Shown: positions 55,090 through 59,674 of the stretch, piece by piece
How positions within the stretch are numbered: the first letter of the stretch is position 1
Layout: each line of letters begins with the position of its first letter
Source of the DNA: a virus
Lineage: Duplodnaviria > Caudoviricetes
DNA: 59,674 bases
Strand: one strand, 5' to 3'
Virus record (IMG/VR): IMGVR_UViG_3300025769_000116
Location: 1 to 59,674 of that record
Program-made: the position numbers and the translations under genes
The notes under the pieces: generated by a model
The model's database searches: none
What the model saw: the letters and a program-made list of their open reading frames with translations, nothing else
Told to the model about the DNA's origin: nothing

Positions 55090-56019
55090 TTAACCTTTAG
55101 CGAGTTCCTTAAAGATTGACAAATCATCGTCATCATCGTCAATAGAAGGTGACTCACTAGTACTCTCTTGCATACTAGGAGCTTCAGCAGTTTTACCAAG
55201 TGAACTCAAGTCAAGTTCATTATCTTCATCATTTTCAAAGTTATCTTGACTGCGAGAAACCTCAGCTGATTCACCAAGTACTCGATAGAGCTTAGCTTTT
55301 AATTCAGCATAGGTCTTGAAGTTTTTAGGATCAAGCAACTCTTGAAGAGAGTGCTGTTGTTCCCAAATAGATTCAAGGTCGTCATCATCAGCAAGTTGTT
55401 CTGGTGGATCAAACTCAGACTTATCGTAATTAGGATATCCTTCAAACTGTCGAATTTTCAAACGAAAGTTTGCACCTTCCCAGAAATCGAAAGGATTAAC
55501 GGGATTCTCATCTTCAAAAGATGGGTTCATCAAATCATTGAGCTTATCAAAGATTTTTTTGCCAAATGAGTACAAGAATACTTTACCTTCATTCTCAGGC
55601 TTGGCTGAATCTTTAATTACGTAAATGTTTGAAACATACTTGAGTCGTCTCTTTTGCTTACGTGCCTGATCTTTGTCGGAATCAATTCCAGAGTTCCATA
55701 GTTTAGAGTTAAACTCGGAAACAGGATCGTCTTGACCAAGTGTAGTCAAAGAGTTTTCGATATACCATTGACCAGTAGTAGGGCCTTGGAATCCATGATC
55801 CCAAATGCGAACAAACGGCATTTCTTCATTTTTAGGGGCAGGTAGGAAACGAATAATTGCAAACCCATTACCAGCTTTATCGCGAGTAGGTTTCCAAAAC
55901 TTACCTTCGTTTGGATCTGAGTACGAGGACTTAGATGACATTTTATCAAGCTGAGAAGTCAACTTGTCGAGGGACTTATTGCGGTTTTTCTTAAGTGAGG
56001 CAAAATCTGTTTGTGCCAT
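55090..56019 (-). CDS. Single-stranded DNA-binding protein (gp32)
   Basis: AIIRFLP, WYIENS, NPFDFWEGANF, NYDKS, acidic tail. Confidence 0.96.
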   Translation of the reverse strand: MAQTDFASLKKNRNKSLDKLTSQLDKMSSKSSYSDPNEGKFWKPTRDKAGNGFAIIRFLPAPKNEEMPFVRIWDHGFQGPTTGQWYIENSLTTLGQDDPVSEFNSKLWNSGIDSDKDQARKQKRRLKYVSNIYVIKDSAKPENEGKVFLYSFGKKIFDKLNDLMNPSFEDENPVNPFDFWEGANFRLKIRQFEGYPNYDKSEFDPPEQLADDDDLESIWEQQHSLQELLDPKNFKTYAELKAKLYRVLGESAEVSRSQDNFENDEDNELDLSSLGKTAEAPSMQESTSESPSIDDDDDDLSIFKELAKG

Positions 56020-56058
56020 TGTATTTCTCCTTATATTGCGTAATATTGCATTTTATTT

Positions 56059-56664
56059 TCATAACGTAAATCGATCTTTAACGTATTGCTTAAAGCGTTT
56101 TTGATCGTATGTTAGAAAGGGTTTATACTTTCTAGCATATCTAATTATATCACGTGATACGATTTTGTCAACTATTTTTTGATCCCAATAATCAAAAATA
56201 TTCGCATAGGCTGTAATAATAGAAAAAGTTTCAAGTGTAATCTTTCTTTCTACGTACAACCTCATGATGTAAGGATGTTGACCATCCACGGATATAAAGT
56301 TTTCCGAGTAATCATCTCGGAGTTTATTTAAATCAGACTTAAAGTTATGACTCAACGAATCAATTCTTTTTTTCCAATCTAAATAATTTTTTTCTCCCTC
56401 ATCATCGAGTAATTGTCTAATCCATACATTTGGATTACGCAATACATTCGATAATATAAGTTCGAAACAATTTTCTTTTGATGCCAGTTTAGTAAAAAAG
56501 TAAGCATCATTTCTTGTTCTAAACGTCTCGATTGACGCTTTCACTTTACCATTATATTTATGATAATCGTATTGATCTGAACTAAAATGTTTTTTAAGTG
56601 CTAGATATTCTATATAAACATTATAACCCGGATCATTTAACGATGTCGGTGAGGTCCTTTTCAT
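56059..56664 (-). CDS. Helicase loader (gp59)
   Basis: YLALKKHF...YDYHKYNGK; position between gp33 and gp32. Confidence 0.9.
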   Translation of the reverse strand: MKRTSPTSLNDPGYNVYIEYLALKKHFSSDQYDYHKYNGKVKASIETFRTRNDAYFFTKLASKENCFELILSNVLRNPNVWIRQLLDDEGEKNYLDWKKRIDSLSHNFKSDLNKLRDDYSENFISVDGQHPYIMRLYVERKITLETFSIITAYANIFDYWDQKIVDKIVSRDIIRYARKYKPFLTYDQKRFKQYVKDRFTL

Positions 56665-56896
56665 CTTTTTTTACCATTTTTAAACCGACGGCTTCTGATC
56701 TAATTTTTTCTTTAAGAATAGAAGACTTTTTTACTACATCTGCGACAGATTCAATTTCAAGATTATTTTTTTCTGCGTATGTAATAAGGGCGTCGATGTA
56801 AGGTACACCACTAGCAATCATTTCTGAAATTGCATGATGAATTTTTTCAGGTGTCATTGAAACTACCATGTCAAATGGATCCTCCCTTTCTTTCAT
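56633..56896 (-). CDS. Late transcription co-activator (gp33)
   Basis: YIDAL..Y...N.LEIE...LKEKI..EA; synteny. Confidence 0.85.
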   Translation of the reverse strand: MKEREDPFDMVVSMTPEKIHHAISEMIASGVPYIDALITYAEKNNLEIESVADVVKKSSILKEKIRSEAVGLKMVKKDEKDLTDIVK

Positions 56897-56917
56897 TTAA
56901 TTCCTTATTGAGTGGCT

Positions 56918-56946
56918 ATTCTACCATAGTCAAGGACAAATGTCAA
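56918..56946 (-). promoter_or_regulatory. Sigma70 promoter TTGACA-N17-TAGAAT
   Basis: Upstream of gp33-gp59-gp32. Confidence 0.8.
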
Positions 56947-57020
56947 CCGTTTATTTATCAATGCCGATTAAACATATCTTAAATATATAAGAAATCTTAA
57001 TAAATTAAAGGAATCTTAAT

Positions 57021-57359
57021 ATGAAATACTTAATTCTTGCAATAGGTGTTTTGTGTATGCTTGCTGCGTGTTCAGTCAAGGCAGGACCATACGTAGAAAT
57101 CAAATCTGAAGTAACATACAAAGATTTTGCTACTACTGATGCAGTCAATCATACTCGTTTCGGATACGAGAAAAAATCACTCACAGGCAGTAACGTGTAC
57201 TTCGAAGCAGGGCACATGACGGGTGGTTCATCTTGGGAAGCAGGATACAAAACTCGTTTGTCCGATACCCTCACCATCAAAGGCAAACTCGAAGGCAAAC
57301 GCGAACGAGGCACGGAAGCAAAGACTAAACTCGAAACAGAGATTCGATTTACTTGGTGA
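57021..57359 (+). CDS. Small outer-membrane beta-barrel (porin-like) protein
   Basis: Signal peptide, amphipathic strands, C-terminal EIRFTW; AAGGA SD; only credible plus-strand gene. Confidence 0.72.
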   Translation: MKYLILAIGVLCMLAACSVKAGPYVEIKSEVTYKDFATTDAVNHTRFGYEKKSLTGSNVYFEAGHMTGGSSWEAGYKTRLSDTLTIKGKLEGKRERGTEAKTKLETEIRFTW

Positions 57360-57445
57360 ATTGCTAGTTGGATAGTTTGGTGCGAGAGTTTTTGTAAGTG
57401 GCCCTTCCCAGGCCCAAGGAACTCTCGCCAAACCTTGTATTCTAT

Positions 57446-57565
57446 TTAAGATACCGCTATCACTAAAAACACTGGTACTACAAATAACGCCAGAGCTAAT
57501 TGGCCAATTGCAATCATTTGATCTTTTTTAGAATCTTGAAAATTGTTGCTCATATACTTTTTCAT
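57446..57565 (-). CDS. Membrane micro-protein, 39 aa (not in ORF track)
   Basis: MKKYMSNNF...MIAIGQLALALFVVPVFLVIAVS*; AGGAGA upstream. Confidence 0.5.
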   Translation of the reverse strand: MKKYMSNNFQDSKKDQMIAIGQLALALFVVPVFLVIAVS

Positions 57566-57581
57566 TAAATTTAGTTATCTC

Positions 57582-57722
57582 CTACAGGTAAGGTGTGAAA
57601 TTATAACCAGCCATGTGGCTGAACGGCATTAATTCTGGGTACATGATGGGACCCAAAAGCCCCATCACACAAGCACTTACTACCAAAAAGGCAAGCGCAG
57701 AATTTCTTAATTTAATTAGCAT
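57582..57722 (-). CDS. Membrane micro-protein, 46 aa (not in ORF track)
   Basis: MLIKLRNSALAFLVVSACVMGLLGPIMYP... Confidence 0.5.
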   Translation of the reverse strand: MLIKLRNSALAFLVVSACVMGLLGPIMYPELMPFSHMAGYNFTPYL

Positions 57723-57725
57723 GTC

Positions 57726-57953
57726 TTATTCAGCCGCCTTAGGAGCAGTTACTGTGTAACCTGCCTTTTCCCATTGTTCGAGAGTACGACACACTCTTTT
57801 TTTCATAGGAAGACCAGCAGGTCCACGAACTTCGATACGTGCACAAAACTTTCCATCTTCGGTAAGTTTGGCTGTTTCTTGTACTGCTGGTTGAGGGCTT
57901 GCGCTTGTGGGCAGCGCGATTAAAAGACATACGAATGCAATAATTTTCTTCAT
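57726..57953 (-). CDS. Small exported protein with a Cys pair
   Basis: Signal peptide; KFCAR...VCRTLEQWEKAG; AAGGAG SD. Confidence 0.7.
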   Translation of the reverse strand: MKKIIAFVCLLIALPTSASPQPAVQETAKLTEDGKFCARIEVRGPAGLPMKKRVCRTLEQWEKAGYTVTAPKAAE

Positions 57954-58155
57954 TAGAAAACTCCTTAAATATTATACATGGGTTGGGCTCAGTGATTCAG
58001 CAAATCACGGTACATATATATAATGCTTTTTTCATAAGACCGTTAATATTGTGTAAAAAAGTTATAAAATATAGCTCAACTATTATATTCCATTTATGAA
58101 TGGAAAGTATTGGTTCAATAAACACAAGTTATAGATGAGTATGAACCGTTTTTGA

Positions 58156-58845
58156 TCACAATTCTTCGAAGAGAACATTATTGACGTAGTCGTTTTTATC
58201 TTCTTCTGATATACCCATCGATAAAATTGAGCGATGTAATTGTACGTTTTTCTTTTGATTATGGCAATACTTATTTTGAGCTGGTAAAAAATCTTGACCC
58301 ATGTTTCGATAAACTTTTGAGGTAATCCCGTTCATATAGAACGAAACAGAAGTCAATCCTACTTTACAAAATTGTTCAAGCTCATTTTCATTATCAATTC
58401 CACCCGCCGCCACGATGTTTGGTGAAAAGATTTCAAGAGCCCACTCAGGAAGTTCTCTTTCTTTCTTCCAGCTCAGATTAGAAGTTAATCCTGCAAAGTA
58501 TTCCATATAAGAATGATTCTCACTCGAAACCGGCGAGTAGTCCATAAACGACCCGCTAATTTTATTTGGTCCTGAGACAATATCAAATCCAAGGATAGGA
58601 AGATTCATCCAAGGTTGCGGAAACACATTAATGTGTAACAACCAAAGCTTTTTATTTCCTTCTGTTCCTGGTTCAATAATTTTTAAGTGAGCCTTTCTAA
58701 TAGATTCAGATTTCCAAAACTTATCAGTCCAACCATCAAAATGTTTTGTCAGTTTTGGGTTTTCATAGCGAGCAAGATTTTGGTCGAAAATATTTTCGAT
58801 TTCGTTAGATAGCAACCTTAGTCTATTCCAAATCACACTGTCCAT
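58156..58845 (-). CDS. Ferredoxin-dependent bilin reductase, PcyX/PcyA-like
   Basis: RKAH, LHINVFP, PILGFDIV, DYSP, RELPEWA..IFS, QNKYC..QKKN. Confidence 0.88.
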   Translation of the reverse strand: MDSVIWNRLRLLSNEIENIFDQNLARYENPKLTKHFDGWTDKFWKSESIRKAHLKIIEPGTEGNKKLWLLHINVFPQPWMNLPILGFDIVSGPNKISGSFMDYSPVSSENHSYMEYFAGLTSNLSWKKERELPEWALEIFSPNIVAAGGIDNENELEQFCKVGLTSVSFYMNGITSKVYRNMGQDFLPAQNKYCHNQKKNVQLHRSILSMGISEEDKNDYVNNVLFEEL

Positions 58846-58860
58846 AATATAAGTCTTTTT

Positions 58861-58983
58861 TTAAGCCAATTGTGCTATTGGTACAAACAATCCAAACATG
58901 ATTACACCAATAATGACAATTTCTGCGGCTTGCATATTTTCTGTAGTATTAAGCTTATTTAAAATTTTATTCATTGCTTCCAT
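58861..58983 (-). CDS. Membrane micro-protein, 40 aa (not in ORF track)
   Basis: MEAMNKILNKL...EIVIIGVIMFGLFVPIAQLA*; GGAGG upstream. Confidence 0.5.
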   Translation of the reverse strand: MEAMNKILNKLNTTENMQAAEIVIIGVIMFGLFVPIAQLA

Positions 58984-59026
58984 TAATTGTATTTTTTTTC
59001 CTCCGCCGATCAGGCAGTCGTTATAG

Positions 59027-59641
59027 TTAATAGTCGTCATTGTAATCAGACTCGTTTTCGTATTCAGGATCTATGAAACTTGTGATTTCATCTAACCCAT
59101 CTTCTAATCGCCAAAAATCTATTAGCTCATAGAATAATCTTTCAGCAAAGCTGAAACATATTTTGGCCTCTTTTACCATGTCATCATTTAAAAGTTCTCT
59201 GATACCAGCTATGAGATCAGAACGATTCTCGAATTCATACATCAAACCAGAACCGGGTACATTCTTTTTAATAATTTGTCCGCCATGCATATCTCCAAAA
59301 TGCCGAACATATACGTGTGCAATCAAACTTTCATTATCCAGATGACTTAAATGTTCAACGTAATCGTCAACCGAAGGTAAAAAATCTGTAAGCTCTTTTA
59401 AACGATGTTCTGCTTCAAGCTCTTGCAAATCTTCCAGAATAAGAGAAGATCTAAAAACACCCTCTAACTTTAAAGGTAAATCAACAAGCGACTCGAGTGT
59501 TGAGTAAATAATGAGTTGTGAATGTAAATATTTTTGATAAAGCCTTGGATGTATATCTCCATCAATTAATATATTTGCGAACTCAGTTCTCTCAGCATTT
59601 TGATGGTGCTCCCAAGTCAATTCTTTAAGATTGTTAGACAT
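59027..59641 (-). CDS. Heme oxygenase (biliverdin-producing, phage HemO/Ho1 type)
   Basis: LKELTWEHHQNAE (proximal His), AHVYVRHFGDMHGGQII. Confidence 0.93.
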   Translation of the reverse strand: MSNNLKELTWEHHQNAERTEFANILIDGDIHPRLYQKYLHSQLIIYSTLESLVDLPLKLEGVFRSSLILEDLQELEAEHRLKELTDFLPSVDDYVEHLSHLDNESLIAHVYVRHFGDMHGGQIIKKNVPGSGLMYEFENRSDLIAGIRELLNDDMVKEAKICFSFAERLFYELIDFWRLEDGLDEITSFIDPEYENESDYNDDY

Positions 59642-59674
59642 ACGCGAAATACCCCAAAAAAAAATAAGTGGGAC

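Noticed and set aside
95-56801. Many plus-strand and nested alternative-frame ORFs of 60-171 aa in the ORF track (for example 7333-7704, 42471-42986, 42628-43089)
   Set aside because: Shadow ORFs overlapping well-supported minus-strand genes, with no recognisable motifs
57395-57420. CTGGGAAG/GCCACT resembling a cobalamin riboswitch
   Set aside because: Far too short, motif order wrong, and it lies downstream of genes on both strands
59020-59030. TAACTATAACG on the minus strand resembling the I-CeuI site in 23S rRNA
   Set aside because: Only about 11 nt match and it overlaps the heme oxygenase stop; no rRNA context
58156-59641. Cyanophage assignment from the heme oxygenase plus bilin reductase
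   Set aside because: The pair looks like the HemO/PcyX type, accessory genes are proteobacterial-like, and no psbA, hli or cpeT is present in the window; the host remains unproven
1-59674. tRNA genes, introns, inteins or homing endonucleases
   Set aside because: No cloverleaf seen in intergenic gaps; nrdA, nrdB, gp41, uvsX and thyX are uninterrupted and of normal length. tRNAscan-SE and Infernal would be needed to be certain

Overview
This window is a 59.7-kb, AT-rich segment of a large T4-like (Tevenvirinae/Kyanoviridae-style) myophage genome, and almost every gene is on the minus strand. The host is probably a heterotrophic aquatic proteobacterium (inference from IscU, TorF, YbaN, HemO/PcyX and SutA-like genes; no photosystem genes in the window). 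Core T4-like genes are gp33, gp59, gp32, UvsX, gp41, gp61, RNase H, a PAAR protein, lysozyme and spanins. Auxiliary genes are heme oxygenase, a PcyX-like bilin reductase, IscU, GlyA, ThyX, NrdA with a Grx-fused NrdB, PhoH, ribosomal protein L33, two outer-membrane barrels and seven glycan-modifying enzymes. The most notable items are: (1) a late-transcribed six-gene exported module with pilin-like and chaperone-like members but no usher (2603-5839); (2) five early promoters, each preceded at a fixed distance by an inverted pair of IHF-like boxes; (3) a set of proteins with T4 capsid-targeting-like N-termini, plus an ADP-ribosyltransferase fusion and a nucleotidyltransferase polyprotein; (4) a bilin reductase with Lys at a normally acidic catalytic position, surrounded by unannotated membrane micro-proteins. 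No tRNA, rRNA or CRISPR array was seen. All family calls come from motif recognition by eye, not from database searches.
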